In this document: piece after piece, positions 1 to 12,974 of the stretch
Layout: each line of letters begins with the position of its first letter
How positions within the stretch are numbered: the stretch's first letter is position 1
Source of the DNA: Octopus vulgaris
Taxonomy: Eukaryota
Direction of reading: 5' to 3'
Assembly (NCBI GenBank): GCA_951406725.2
Contig: OX597815.1
Location: 192,014,001-192,078,000, forward strand
Length of the DNA: 64,000 nt
Notes under the pieces: generated by a model
Database searches by the model: none
Seen by the model: only the letters and a program-made list of their open reading frames with translations
What the model was told of the DNA's origin: nothing
Position numbers and translations under genes: made by a program

Positions 1-564
1 AATGAGGATGGAAATAAAATAAAGGGAAAAAGAAAAATTGCTGGAATGATTTTGATGAATATAGTTCTGGTTAATCAGGGCTAATCATGGACAAAACAAC
101 AACAATAACAAGAATAACAACAGCCAATGAATGAACCATTCAATGGAATTTTAACCAGATAAAAAATAGCAGCCTCGTGTTGCTTAAATCACATCCTACT
201 GTCTTGAAAATGGAAGGTCATACTCTTTTACTCTTTTACTTGTTTCAGTCATTTGACTGTGGCCATACTGGAGCACTGCCTTTAGTCAAGCAAATCGACC
301 CCAGGACTTATTCTTTGTAAGCCTAGTACTTATTCTATCGGTCTCCTTCCAGAAAGCACTAATATTCGGTCTGGGTAAAATATATTTTGGTGAAGCATTC
401 TGCATACCATATGTAAAATATGATAAGGTCTCACATATGTAATATTCTGAATTAAAAGTTTAACCCAGATTATCCAAAATGTATGTATCAAGAAAAGATA
501 AAAACTTTCTACATGGGGATATTTAAAACCTAAAACCACTAGCAAGGGAGTTAACTCTAATAAG

Positions 565-1070
565 ATCATCATCATCATTGTTGTCATTTAAAGCCTGCTT
601 TCCATGCTGGCATGGGTTGGATGGTTTGCCAGGAGTTGGCCAGGCATGAGCTTTACCAGAATTCTGTGTGTGTTTTGGCAGAGTTTTATGGCTCAATGCC
701 CTTCCTAACACCAACCACCCAGCAGAGAGGACGGAGTGCTTTTTACATGGCATGAGCACAGGGGAAGTCAGTTTTGGCATGGTTGTTACAGCTTGAGGCC
801 CTTTCAAATGCCAACCACTTTACAGTGTGGACTGGATGCTTTTTGCATGGCACCAAACACTGGCCGGGTCACTAAGTAACTTGTAAGACAAAGATCCTTT
901 GAGAGAGGAGAGGGGGAATTGGAGGAGGAAGGCAAAGAGCTTTTGAGAAGAGAGGGCTTTGGTGGAGGTGATCTTGTGTCGGATAATGAAAGGTTCAAGT
1001 GTAACTGGGAGACAGAGAGGCAGAGACAGGTGTCTTGTTGTAGAAGAGGTACATGGTTAACTAGCCAGAG
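565..1070 (-). mobile_element. Non-autonomous element or 3' fragment carrying the RTE-type 3' tail ending in (GAT)n
   Basis: Reverse complement of the tail also seen at 37417-37581 (ggttggcgttaggaagggcatccagc...ccaacccatgctagcatgg...(gat)n). The 5' boundary is approximate. Confidence 0.6.
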
Positions 1071-1618
1071 AGAGAGAGAGAGAAAGTGGATGGAAACTTT
1101 TTGGTGAATATAGACAATGTTGATTGAAGCAGATATGGTATTTACAGCCAACAAGTGTAAACAGGAGACTAGAGATAGGTTTAGGAAGAACGTGAGTTGG
1201 CTGAGGAGGAGAAAAGAGAGAGAGGAAGAGAGACATTTTGGAAACAAGCTGTTTCCATTCTGATAAGTCATAAAGCATTATACTTAACTACTTATAAACA
1301 GAAAAAAACACATAAGTGGTTTATTGCTGAACATCTGTTTGGTCAGTATGTATCTGGGATGGTGCTGTTGCCGTGCACATACATACACATACACATGCAT
1401 ACACATACACACATGTGCACACACGTACACACACGCACTTCCATGCAGACATTCTGGAAAACAAAAGACAAGCCACTCGACTTACTGTCGTGAAGTCATT
1501 TTCCAAAATACTTAAAGCTCTGGCTCATCAACAGGATGTGTCCTCTCTTTACTTCTGCATGACCAGCTGACCACGTTTTATCAATAATAACGGCTAATTG
1601 TAATATTTTATATATAAA

Positions 1619-1985
1619 CTAGCAGTATCGCCCGGCGTTGCTCGGGTTTGTTTCAAACCTTCAGAATTGGAATTTTTGAAAAGTAAAAATTTTGCATTAT
1701 GTAGCTTGCCATTCCCTTTAAGTGAACATTTTTCTGGTTGAAATACACCGAAAAATGGTGACACAGCAGTCAAAAAATTGTAAAAAATAGGGATTTTCAT
1801 AGAAAAAAAAGCACCTTTTTGATGTAAATAATTTTTGGTGTTAACATGGTCCGATTTGAATTTTTTCTTGTACGGAATGAAGAGCAAGCCTTCTATCATA
1901 CTCTCAATTTTGGTCAACTTGCGCTGCAGGGTCTCGGAGGAGATAGTGTTAGTTGAAGGCTACCAAACCTGCCACACACAGACAA
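1619..1985 (-). mobile_element. Non-autonomous Helitron-like element, 5'-truncated
   Basis: The - strand ends acaaacccgagcaacgccgggcgatactgCTAG|T: a subterminal hairpin (cccg/cggg), then CTAG, then T. The same terminus occurs at 63487-63519. Confidence 0.7.
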
Positions 1986-2233
1986 GGTACATAATAATCA
2001 CACATACAAACATTCACATGCTTCCCTTGTACACACTCATACACACATATACTCACACAGAGTTGAAACACTGATTTTTTTTCACCCCTTTCCTTCCTTA
2101 TTCATCAATCACCCCTCCCTTTCTCTCATTGCTGTTACTTTCTCTCACTCCCTCTCAGTCAGACCTATTACTCTCACTACTTCTCCTTCACTGAATTACT
2201 ATTTTTTCTCTTCCATGTCTGGCATGATTCTGG

Positions 2234-2275
<42 letters not shown>

Positions 2276-2276
2276 T

Positions 2277-2688
2277 CTCTTTACTCTTCTACTTGTTTCA
2301 GTCATTTGACTGCGGCCATGCTGGAGCACCGCCTTTAGTCGAGCAAATCGACCCCGGGACTTATTCTTTGTAAGCCCAGTACTTATTCTATCGGTCTCTT
2401 TTGCCGAACCGCTAAGTGATGGGGGACGTAAACACACCAGCATCGGTTGTCAAGCAATGCTAGGGGGACAAACACAGACACACAAACATATACACACACA
2501 CACTTATATATATATATATATACATATATACGACAGGCTTCTTTCAGTTTCCGTCTACCAAATCCACTCACAAGGCATTGGTCGGCCCGGGGCTATAGCA
2601 GAAGACACGTGCCCAAGATGCCACGCAGTGGGACTGAACCCGGAACCATGTGGTTGGTTAGCAAGCTACTTACCACAAAGCCACTCCT
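2277..2688 (-). mobile_element. tRNA-derived SINE family A, full length (~400 bp, internal TA/TG microsatellite, (gtaaaaga)n tail)
   Basis: The head has an A-box-like tggctgtgtgg and a B-box-like ggttcagtcc. Many near-identical dispersed copies occur in the window. A 3' fragment is also present at 223-349. Confidence 0.9.
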
Positions 2689-3136
2689 AACACAAATTTA
2701 TAAAAACACTATGCTCATTATTATATTAGAAGATTCTCTCTGGATCTATACTATTCAGCATAACCTCTCTTTGTAATAAGACAGTATGGTGTGAGTTCAG
2801 AGATATTTAGCTGATATTTCTTACAGGTAAAGTAACCACAAAGAATGAAAACGCCTTTATTTGAAAAATAGACAAGGGTTAGCAACAGGAAAAGCATTTA
2901 GCTACAAAAATAACACCTTGATAATATGTATTTGTCTAACCCGGAGGTTCCTAACTATTTTTAACCTGTGAATCCCTTTGGTTCCTATTTTACTCAGGGG
3001 GGGGGGGCCTTCAAAGCCATTTGATGTTTTAAAACACCCTATTGTATTTTTAGTATTCAATATTATCAGGATTTCTTTAAAAAAAATTTGTTAAACTATT
3101 TTGTGTATAGTAGACGTATAACTGATTTATTCTTTA

Positions 3137-3547
3137 CTTTTATTCTTTTACTTGTTTCAGTCATTTGACTGCGGTCATGCTGGAGCACCACCTTTTAGTC
3201 GAACAAATCGACCCTGGGACTTATTCTTTGTAAGCCCAGTACTTATTCTATTGCTCTTTTTTGCTGAACCACTAAGTGACGGCGACGTAAACACACCAGC
3301 ATCGGTTGTCAAGCAATGCTAGGGGGACAAACACAGACACACAAACATACACACACACACATATATATATATATACATATATACAACGGGCTTCTTTCAG
3401 TTTCCGTCTACCAAATCCACTCACAAGGCTTTGGTCGGCCCGAGGCTATAGTAGAAGACACTTGCCCAAGATGCCACGCAGTGGGACTGAACCCGGAACC
3501 ATGTGGTTGGTAAGCAAGCTACTTACCACACAGCCACTCCTGCGCCT
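3137..3547 (-). mobile_element. SINE family A, full length
   Basis: Aligns by eye to 2277-2688 over its whole length. Confidence 0.9.
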
Positions 3548-3983
3548 GTGACCATTTGTTGAACCTTTGTTGAACAAATCAAACCCCACGACTTATTTTT
3601 TGTAAGAGTAAAAGAGAAGCATTTCCGCCAGTCATTCTACTAATTCTGTCAGCTTGCCACCTCAGTGTGGTGGTGAATATTAGTTCCCATTATACTTCCA
3701 AACTGTAATTCTGAAATTCTTCATTTCAAACATTTAAAAATATTTTATCAATTTTTTTTTTGTCTCTGTATGTGTGTGTGCATGTGTGGGTGTTTGCATG
3801 GGAAGGAAAGCAGGATGGGTAATTAATTATCTTTGAATAAACTGATGTATTTATTAAAATTAGCTGTTGTGATAATTAATTTCATTTTTTTTCTTTTTTC
3901 GTAACATAGCAGGATATAATTATTTCACAATTCATTCATTAAACAGTGACATTCTTTATCTAAATAGTTTTTAATATCATATA

Positions 3984-4392
3984 AGCGCAGGAGTGGCCGT
4001 GTGGTAAGTAGCTGGCTTACCAACTACATGGTTCCGGGTTCAGTCCCACTGCGTGGCACCTTGGGCAAGTGTCTTCTACTATAGTCTCGGGCCGACCAAA
4101 GCCTTGTGAGTGGATTTGGTAGACGGAAACTGAAAGAAGCCCGTCGTATATATGTATATATATGTATATGTATATGTGTACGTGTATGTTTGTGTGTCTG
4201 TGTTTGTCCCCCTAGCATTGCTTGACAACTGATGCTGGTGTGTTTATGTCCCCGTCACTTAGCGGTTCGGCAAAAGAGACTGATAGAATAAGTACTGGGC
4301 ATACAAAGAATAAGTCCCGGGGTCGAGTTGCTCGACTAAAGGCGGTGCTCCAGCATGGCCGCAGTCAAATGACTGAAACAAGTAAAAGAGTA
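3984..4392 (+). mobile_element. SINE family A, full length
   Basis: Runs gcgcaggagtggccgtgtggtaagtagc...ggttcagtccc...gactgaaacaagtaaaagag. Confidence 0.9.
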
Positions 4393-4478
4393 CCATTCGA
4401 CAGAGAACAGAATTCACTTCGGTAAGTGCATTGAGGTCTTAACCAAATCATCTTTTTTTGTTTTTTCTGTTGTTTCAG

Positions 4479-4511
4479 GAATAGTCTACCTTGGATTATG
4501 TTAGCCAATAG
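4479..4511 (+). CDS. Candidate 33-nt symmetric (phase 2/2) microexon, peptide NSLPWIMLAN
   Basis: A long polypyrimidine tract and tttcag acceptor precede it, and AG|gtattt follows. Length is divisible by 3 and only one frame is stop-free. Host gene not recognised. Confidence 0.4.
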
Positions 4512-4670
4512 GTATTTGTTTTTAAAACAATAGGGTATAGTCTGTCTAAGGTTTAATTAATTCCAAGAGAAAGTTAGAGAGAGAGAGTAAGAAGAACCAC
4601 CCCAGATAAAGTAGTTCTCAGTAGAATTCAAACCAGAATGGCTGAGTACCAAAGAATTATCATTCTAATT

Positions 4671-5366
4671 CAGTGGTCCCCAAACATTTTTTTGCCTATG
4701 GACCCCTTGGATCCCTATTTTATTGAGGAAGTGGTGACACTCATAGTCACCCAGTGTCTAAAATCTCCTACCATATTTTTATGATTAAATATTGCTGGGA
4801 ATTTACTCAACTCTTTTACTCTTTTACTTGCTTCAGTCATTTGACCGTGGCTGTGCTGGAGCACCACCTTTAGTCGAGCAGATCGATCCCAGGACTTATT
4901 CTTTGTAAGCCTAGTACTTATTCTATTGGTTTCTTTTACCAAACTGCTAAGTTACGGGGACATAAACACACCAGCATCGGTTGTCAAGCGATGTTGTGGG
5001 GACAGACACACAGACACACAAACACGCATATATATACATACATATATATATATATGTATATATATACATATATACGACGGACTTCTTTCAGTTTCTGTTT
5101 ACCAAATCCACTCAGAAGGCTTTGGTCAACTCAAGGCTATAGCAGAAGACACTTGCCCAAGGTGCCACGCAGTGGGACTGAACCTGGAACCATGTGGTTC
5201 GTAAACAAGCTACTTACCACACAGCCACTCCTATGCCTACGTATAAAAAATTTTTTTAATATTTCGTATTTTGTAGAACTATAACCAATTTATTGCAGAT
5301 AAATTTTAACAATAAAATTTTTTACGGATTCCCACGGGCCATTCGGATCCCAGTCGGAAACCACTT
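4671..5366. mobile_element. hAT (Charlie-like) MITE with a nested SINE
   Basis: Termini are cagtggtccccaaac and gtcggaaaccact. The imperfect 8-bp TSD ttctaatt/ctctaatg fits the nTCTAAnn target of Charlie-type hATs. A related fragment lies at ~2942-3133. Confidence 0.55.
4811..5238 (-). mobile_element. SINE family A, full length, nested in the hAT MITE
   Basis: Reverse-complement match to 3984-4392. Confidence 0.9.
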
Positions 5367-6047
5367 CTCTAATGAGTCTATGAATATGCTGCTTTCTAAC
5401 AATCATATCTGGCGACGGTGCTGGTGACGGAGCAATCAACAAGTGGTTAGGTTGGTGTCAGTGGAAAGAATCATATTTCCTGTTATCCAAATATGATGTT
5501 ATTTACTTTGAGAGTTATTCCCTTGTGGTCAATAAACATCTCCATCCGGCAGTGTGTTATTCCTCCTGTATGGTGACGATTTTATTGCAGATTAAACTCT
5601 TATTCTTAACTACATGTCGTATGTCATCACATGCGGCATGTAATCAGAACCAGAGAACCACAGAACTAGGATTCAAATCCGAAAGCCAGATTGAGGCCAA
5701 GATAATAATATAAACCTGTCCTGGGGTTAAGCCTAGGGGTAGTGTTTTTATGCCTACAGTGACCTACAAAAAGTTTTTATTTAGACACCTGTTGAGTTTT
5801 CACTTTGTTTTTCATGTGGTGCCACATAAAAGCACCTGTGCGGCAACATGTAAAAAAGGCACCTGTGCCATGCCACATAAAAGCACTCATTTGACTGAGT
5901 AATTTAAATGATAAAGGGTTTTAAGAGAGATCTATATTAGAGAGGGTTTATCTTCAAATTGACCAGATCTGGCCTTTCATACCTACCCTACAAAATCATT
6001 TTTGGAATAGATAATAACATCATTGAAACTTCATAGCTGTGAGATCA

Positions 6048-6337
6048 TCTTTTACTCTTTTACTTGTTTCAGTCATTTGACTGTGGCCATGCTGGAGCAT
6101 CACCTTTAGTCGAGCAAATCGACCCCAGGACTTATTCTTTGTAAGTCTAGTACTTATTTTATCGGTCTCTTTTGCTGAACCGCTAAGTTAGGGGACGTAA
6201 ACACACCAGCATCGGTTGTCAAGAGATGTTGTGAGGACAAACACAGACATACAAACATACATACATACATACATACATATACGATGGGCTTTTTCAGTTT
6301 CCATCTATGAAATCCACTCACAAGTCTTTGATTGACC
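6048..6337 (-). mobile_element. SINE family A, 3' two-thirds
   Basis: Matches family A and is cut off by the family C SINE at 6338. Confidence 0.85.
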
Positions 6338-6601
6338 GACACCGAGAGCATCGACGGATGGATGAATGCGCATCCAGGCTCAGCGGTTGTGTAGGAAGTC
6401 CGGGACAAGAAACAGGAAGAAAGAGTGAGAGAAAGTTGGAGCGAAAGAGTACAACAGGGGTTGCCACCACCCCCTGCTGGAGCCTCGTGGAGCTTTAGGT
6501 GTTTACGCTCAATAAACACACACAACACCCGGTCTGGGAATCGAAACCACGATCCTCCGACCGTGAGTCCGCTGCCCTAACCACTGGGCCATTGCGCCTC
6601 C
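6338..6601 (-). mobile_element. tRNA-derived SINE family C
   Basis: The - strand head ggaggcgcaatggcccagtggttagggcagcggactc...ggtttcgattccc carries tRNA A and B boxes. Other copies lie at 41595-41903, 52745-53040, 53435-53712, 60937-61181 and 61207-61501. Confidence 0.85.
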
Positions 6602-6875
6602 TGATGATGATGATGATGATGATGATGTACAAGAGTTGAAATGACTTTGATATGAGTTCTACTGGATGTATTTGTCTTGGTTCATATCAGTGTTATGCCA
6701 ACCCTTAATGGTAACCCTTAAGGTGGTACCAGATTGTTTCACTTATGTTTTACATATTGCTTTGTAACCATCTGGTTTGCAGTTCAAATGACTTTGGTAG
6801 ATGGAAAACTGTGTGGAAGCCCATCATACATGTAAGTGTGTGTGTGTGTCTTTATGTTTGTATTTGTGTTTGGTG

Positions 6876-7198
6876 AAGGCACGTGGCTCAGTGGTTAGGT
6901 TATTTGGCTCACAATCTTAAGGTCGTGGGTTCAATTTCCAGCAGCACATTGTATCCTTGGGCAAGGTACTCTACTTCACCTTGCTCCAGTCCACTCAGCT
7001 GGCAAAAATGAGTAGTACCTGTAATTCAAAGGGCCAGCCTTGTCATATTCTGTGTCAAACTGAATCTCCCTGAGAACTATGCTAAGAGTATGTGTATCTG
7101 TGGAGTACTCAGCCACGTACATGTTAATTTTATGAGAAGGCTGTTCTGTTAATTGGATCAACTGGAAGCCTCATCATTGTGACCAATTGAGTGCCAGT
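6876..7198 (+). mobile_element. tRNA-derived SINE family D, diverged
   Basis: Head ggcacgtggctcagtggttag...ggttcaatt and central ccttgggcaag...gctccagtccactcagctggcaaaaatgagta are shared with 31872 and 23058. Confidence 0.75.
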
Positions 7199-7407
7199 GT
7201 GTGTTTGTTCCACCACACTGCTTAACAACTGGTGTTGGTTTGTTTGCTTCCCTATAATTTAGAAGTTTGGCAGAGACTGACAGAATAAGTGCCAGGCTCA
7301 AAAAAATAAATACTGCAGTCAATTCATTGAACTAAAACCCCTTCAAGGCAATGCTCCAGCATGGCCACAATCCAGTGAGTGACACAAGCAACAGATAGAA
7401 GATAAAA

Positions 7408-7800
7408 GGCGGTGACCTGGCAGAATGCGTAGCCGTATTTCGTCTGCCGTTTCGTTCTGAGTTCAAATTCCGCCAAGGTCGACTTTGCCTTTCATCCTTT
7501 CGGGGTCGATAAATTAACTATCAGTTACGCACTGGGGTCGATGTAATCGACTTAATCCGTTTGTCTGTCCTTGTTTGTCCTATCTGTGTTTAGCCCCTTG
7601 TGGATAGTAAAGAAATAGGTATTTCGTCTGCTGTTATGCTCTGAGTTCAAATTCCGCCGAGGTCGACTTTGCCTTTCATCCTTTCGGGGGTCGATAAATT
7701 AAGTACGAGTTATGCACTGGGGTTGATGTAATCGACTTAATCCCTTTGTTTGTCCTTTTTTTGTCCTCGCTGTGTTTATAGCCCCTTGTGGGTAATAAAA
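7408..7800 (+). mobile_element. tRNA-derived SINE family B, head plus two tandem bodies
   Basis: The core gagttcaaattccgccgaggtcgactttgcctttcatcctttcggggtcgataaattaagtaccag occurs twice, joined at gaaata-ggtatttcgtctg. Confidence 0.85.
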
Positions 7801-8784
7801 AAAAATTTAAAAAAAGGAAAACCAAACAACTTCCCTTAAAAGTATTTTAGACATGTGTGTTCCAGAACATTCTATGTCCAATAAACACTTGTGACATTTT
7901 ACATAAGCTTCTAATTTTCCATATTTGTAAACTCCATTCTCAATGAAAGAAGACAGAAAACAAAATGGTGAAACGTAACAAAATAAGAAAAGTTTTTTCT
8001 TTTCCCATTTTCTTTCAAATTTTTAATCTAAAATTCTAAATGTTTTATTCTTATTGTACATATTTTCGTCAGTAATCATACAGTGTGATAGAGATGAAGC
8101 AAGACATTTTTTATTTTTTGTTTTTCTGATTTTTTTTTTGTTTGTCTATTCTTCCAAAATATTCTCTTTAGATGTAGGATAAGCAATTTTTTTAAAGCTA
8201 ATTTTCTGTTTGGCTACAAGCAGGAAGTATGAACAAGAATTTTTCTTCTAGCTTTATTTTTATCTTATTTTATATTTTATTTCACTTCATTTTTCAAGCA
8301 AAATTTTGACACAAATACAGTCAACAACATCTGGTACTCTATGATTCAGCAGTAACTATATTCCCTCATTCACCAAGCTGAACTCACTGTATTTGATAAA
8401 ATAAAATAAAGAGAGGAATTAAACGTGTGATTATCGGTCTGTCTTTTTTAGAACAACTCTCATGTAACATTTTTCACAACTTCCTGAACCACTATCCACT
8501 AAGCAGATCCTGGCCTACTTTTTTTTGTTTAATAATATCATATCAAAGCAAATAAGGCCATCATTGGGACAATATCTTCCACGTTGTCTAAGACTGAAAG
8601 ATGGAAAACTGCCTGAGGCTATTTTTTTCTGTTTTTTAAGGCAGCTAGTTTTAGAGGTTCTTCAGACAGACTCTTGGTTACAAATATCTAACTTAACAGA
8701 CATTCTGAGTTATAAACATCATCACCAACCTCCTCCTTGTCATCGTTTTAACATCCACTTTTCCATGCCTGCATGGGTTGGATA

Positions 8785-9285
8785 AACTAGAAAGGGTATG
8801 GCCTGGTCAGCCTGTAATGATATGCATAAGATCTGGTCATCAAATCGAAGTAGAGATTTCAAACTTAAAATCTTCAAAGCCACAATCGAACCAATTCTAC
8901 TACATGGCTCAGAAACCTGGACGTTATCAAACAAGCTTGAGAGGCGGTTGGATGGAACTTACACTTGCCTCCTTATGAGAGCTCAAAATCTCTCGTGGAA
9001 GCATCATCCAACCAAAATACAAATATATGGGAAATTACCACCTGTATCATCTCTTGTGAAAGGTAGAAGAGTCAGTTTGCTGGACATTGTTGTAGAGCTG
9101 AAAACGAGGTAATTTCTACTCTTCTCCTCTGGAAGCCATCTGCTCGCGATACCAGTGGGTGCACACTCTCCTACCCTGATGTAATCTCCAGGGATACAAG
9201 CATCCAGCAACAGGACCTCCGTAATGCTATGATGGATCGTGAAGTCAGGTGTAACATAGTAAATTCCATTGTCTCAACCAGGAGG
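8785..9285 (+). pseudogene. RTE-clade LINE ORF2 3' fragment (post-RT region)
   Basis: ORF 8798-9112 reads AWSACNDMHKIWSS...KLKIFKATIEPILLHGSETWTL...RRLDG, matching the RTE-type KIW/L-YG-ETW motifs. It frameshifts near RRV(Q)FAGH. Confidence 0.85.
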
Positions 9286-9593
9286 AGGAAGACCGTGTAT
9301 ATATATATACCCCAACTATGGATGACACCATGTAGCCCAAACTGTGGACTTAACACACTAATTGACATATAGCCATTAGTTCAAAAAATCACACACACAC
9401 CACCACTGTGGGTAGTAAAGAAATATATTTATCAATACCAAAAAGAGATGGAAACTAGAATTCATCTTAGTGGGATTTGAACCACAAGTGTGGAAGACCA
9501 GAACAAATATTGCAAGGCCTTCGATTTGATACTTTAACAACTCTACCAATATTCTGCTATATATAGAATCTATATAAAGAAGAAATCTGCAAT

Positions 9594-10001
9594 AGGCATG
9601 GGATTGGCTGTGTGGTAAGTGGCTTGGTTCAGGGTTCATACCCACTGTGCAGCACTTTGGGCAAGTGTCTTCTACTATAGCTTAGGGCCAACCAAAGCCT
9701 TGTGAGTGGATTTGGTAGATGGAAACTGAAAGAAGCCTGTTGTGCATATATATATATATAGCAAATAAGAAAATGAAGAAGCACATTAGTTGGTTCATCA
9801 GCTTTAGGACACTAAAATGTTGACTTATTATTTATTTATCAAAACAACAACCATAATAACATATATATAGTATATTATTCAATGCATATAAGATAAGAAT
9901 ACAAGCAGTTATTAAAAAACATGAATATAAATTATTACCAACAGTATATTGGATAAGTATTATCCCTTAGTAGGTTGGATCCACAATCCCTAACTTTCTT
10001 G

Positions 10002-10051
<50 letters not shown>

Positions 10052-10885
10052 TTCTGTGTCTGTGTTTGTCCTCCCACCATCACTTGACAACCAATGTTTG
10101 TGTGTTTACGTCCCTGTAACTTAGCAGTCTGGCAAAAGAGACCAATAGAATTAGTACTAGGCTTACAAAGAATAAGTCCTCCTAGTTTTTTGAATTGCAA
10201 AGTCTTTGATCAGATCCTCAAAATTAATCTTAGGTAACACATCTGCACCTATACTTAATAGAGATAAAAGCTTCCCGAATAATATTTTAGCAAGTTTAAA
10301 GTGATTTCTTTTGTGCTGTAGACCATTTACCATTTCTGTGATGCCCCTACCTTTGATCAGATCCTCAAAATTAATCTTAGGTAACACATCTGCACCTATA
10401 CTTAATAGAGATAAAGGCTTCCCGAATATTATTTTAGCAAGTTTAAAGTGATTTCTTTTGTGCTGTAGACCATTTACCATTTCTGTGATGCCCCTACCTT
10501 TGATCAGATCCTCAAAATTAATCTTAGGTAACACATCTGCACTTATACTTAATAGAGATAAAGGCTTCCCGAATATTATTTTAGCAAGTTTAAAGTGATT
10601 TCTTTTGTGCTGTAGACCATTTATCATTTCTGTGATGCCCCTACCTTCCCTTGATACCCTAAGCACGTGCTTATCTTGCTTAATGGTTAAGCCAGCGCTG
10701 GGTATTAGGCCTTAAGAAATAAGCACTGAGGTTGATAAACTTGTCTGAAAATCTTGTAACTTAGTGGTTCGGCAAAAGAGACTGATAGAATTAGTACTAG
10801 GTTTACAAAGAATAAGTCCTCGGGTCAATTTGTTTGACTAAAGGTGGTGCTCCAGCATGGCTGCAGTCAAGTGACCGAAACAAAT
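9594..10885 (+). mobile_element. SINE family A interrupted by two insertions (9761-10005 in its TA tract; 10182-10754)
   Basis: Head at 9594-9745, body at 10040-10181, resuming at 10755-10885. Confidence 0.7.
10204..10647 (-). repeat. 3 x 147-bp tandem repeat derived from a hAT transposase C-terminal (dimerisation-domain) fragment
   Basis: Units start at 10204, 10351 and 10498. The translation LSLLSIGADVLPKINFEDLIKDFAIQKTRR resembles the L-LLSIE...FE-LI-DFA--K-RR end of hAT transposases. Confidence 0.7.
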
Positions 10886-11165
10886 GAATGGTGCTCCTAT
10901 AACAATAATGGTAATGTTGGTGAAGATATCTTTGGTACTTAAGGAAATTAAACACGAAATATAAGGAAAATCAAATAATTGTGAAAAATAAAATGAAGCA
11001 TAAATTCATTTGAAAATTATGAAGAAAACTGTTTCAGCATAATTAAAGAAAATTAATGCCAACCTACTCCCTTGAGTATGAACTAGAATGTACCATTTTA
11101 CGGTTTTACTTTCACTGTTAAGTTAATAGCCTTTAGCAGCAGATTAAAAATGATGATATAGTTTT

Positions 11166-11695
11166 TAGAGGGAGAGAGAAAGGGGGAAGAAGAGAGAGAG
11201 GGAGAGGAGGAAGAAGAGAGAGAGGAGGGAGAAGAGAGATAGAGGGAAGAAGAGAGAGAGGGGGGAAAGAGATAGAGGGAAGAAAAGAAGAAAAGAGAGA
11301 GAGGATGAAGAAGATAGAGGGGATGAAGGGGGAGAGGAGAAAGAAGAGCGAGAGGGTAAGAAGAGAGATAGAGGGGAGAAGAGAGAGAGGGGGAAGGAGA
11401 TAGAGGGAAGAAAAGAGAGGGGGAAGAAGAGAGAGAGAAGAGGAAGAAGAGAGAGGGGGGATGAAGGGGGAAAGGAGAAAGAAGAGCGAGAGGGTAAGAA
11501 GAGAGAAAGAGGGGGAAGAAGAGAGAGAGAGGGAAGAGAAACAGGGAAGAAGAGAGAGAAAGAGAGAGGCAAAGAAGAGAGAGAAGGGAGAGAGGGGAAT
11601 AAGGAGAGAGATAAGAAGAGAGAGAGAGAGAGGGGAAGAAGAAAGAGAGGGGAAGAAGAAGGAGAGGGGAAGAAGAAGAAGAAGAGAGAGAGAGA
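11166..11695 (+). repeat. ~530-bp near-pure polypurine (GA-rich) tract
   Basis: Almost only A/G on the + strand, with degenerate gaagagagag units. Confidence 0.95.
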
Positions 11696-12507
11696 TATAT
11701 GCTGTCTGATGTTTAGTAGGTTTTGGCAGATTTATAGGGGATAAGAATGGTGGAGGGATGAGGGAATGAAGAATGAGACTCTGCTATTTCTGCCTACCTT
11801 TCTCAAGGGCATTAGTAATATAAATGTGCAAATGAAGGAAAATGGAATGGCCACGACAATCGGGAACTAAAACTGTTTTGTTTATGATTTCTAAAACAAA
11901 TTTTCATATTGGTGCAGGTGTAGCTGTGTGGTAAGAACCTTTTTTTGCACCACAGGCTGATTTCACACAATACAATTTTTCCATGAACCAGGGGATCATG
12001 TGTGTAACAAACGTGCATAATATATAGTTCAGTTATATAGCAGAGTTGAAGATTTGCTGTAACCAGGATGTTCAGTTGATCTGAAGAGCAAGCCCTCTAT
12101 ACCTGCATTGATCTGAGAATGTATAATACTACTATGTAATTTATAGCATGCATATTAGTGCAGATATTTAAGATAACTTATTATACACTAAATAAAAATT
12201 ATTATAACAGATGAAGGCTATGAAACAGCTGGTATCCTATGAATATCAACTGGTGGAATGAATTACTTTCATTTTTCATACCTCCTGGTGTTTTATGATC
12301 TATGTACTCTTAATGAAATAGTTTCATTAATTGGTTCCATTGGATTTCAGCTACCTAGAATTCTACATTACACTCCTCTGTATTGGTTTACTATGTGATT
12401 TGGTAGCCAAATCCACTAGGGAAGATTTTGTGTGATTACCACAGGACTCTATGAATCCATATATTACACATTAAATGTATGTATGTATGTATGTATGTAT
12501 GTATGTA

Positions 12508-12551
<44 letters not shown>

Positions 12552-12705
12552 CACATATATAATTCATATAAGATATCGTGTAAATTAAAACACATTAAGA
12601 GGCTTCGATCATAGGAAAGCCTTGTGCTAGAAAGAGCAGTAGAAAATTCAAACCACTAATTAGGGATAAATTCTTGAAAGGAATGAAAATTAAAAACATT
12701 TACCA

Positions 12706-12762
<57 letters not shown>

Positions 12763-12974
12763 CTTACCTTTTCTCCTTTAATTTTGTCTATTGTTTGTAC
12801 TTTGTGTAAGTTTAATCCATTAATATAAGTATCTATATATTTAAATAATAAGGGTAAATATATATTTAAATAATAAGGGTAAAACATTGATATTAATTTG
12901 ATTAATATCATTTTAAACCAGTGGCTTAGCATATAGAAAAAATTTGAAGATTCAGTAAAATTACATTACATGCA

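Noticed and set aside
2447-2776. Recurrent ORFs MSSNARGTNTDTQ... and MLGGQTQTHKH... resembling a small gene family
   Set aside because: They are antisense readings of SINE family A, and the frame shifts with internal microsatellite length.
10204-10647. 147-bp period as a nucleosome-positioning signal
   Set aside because: Three units with no linker, and the period is set by a microhomology in a transposase fragment. The match to 147 bp is probably coincidence.
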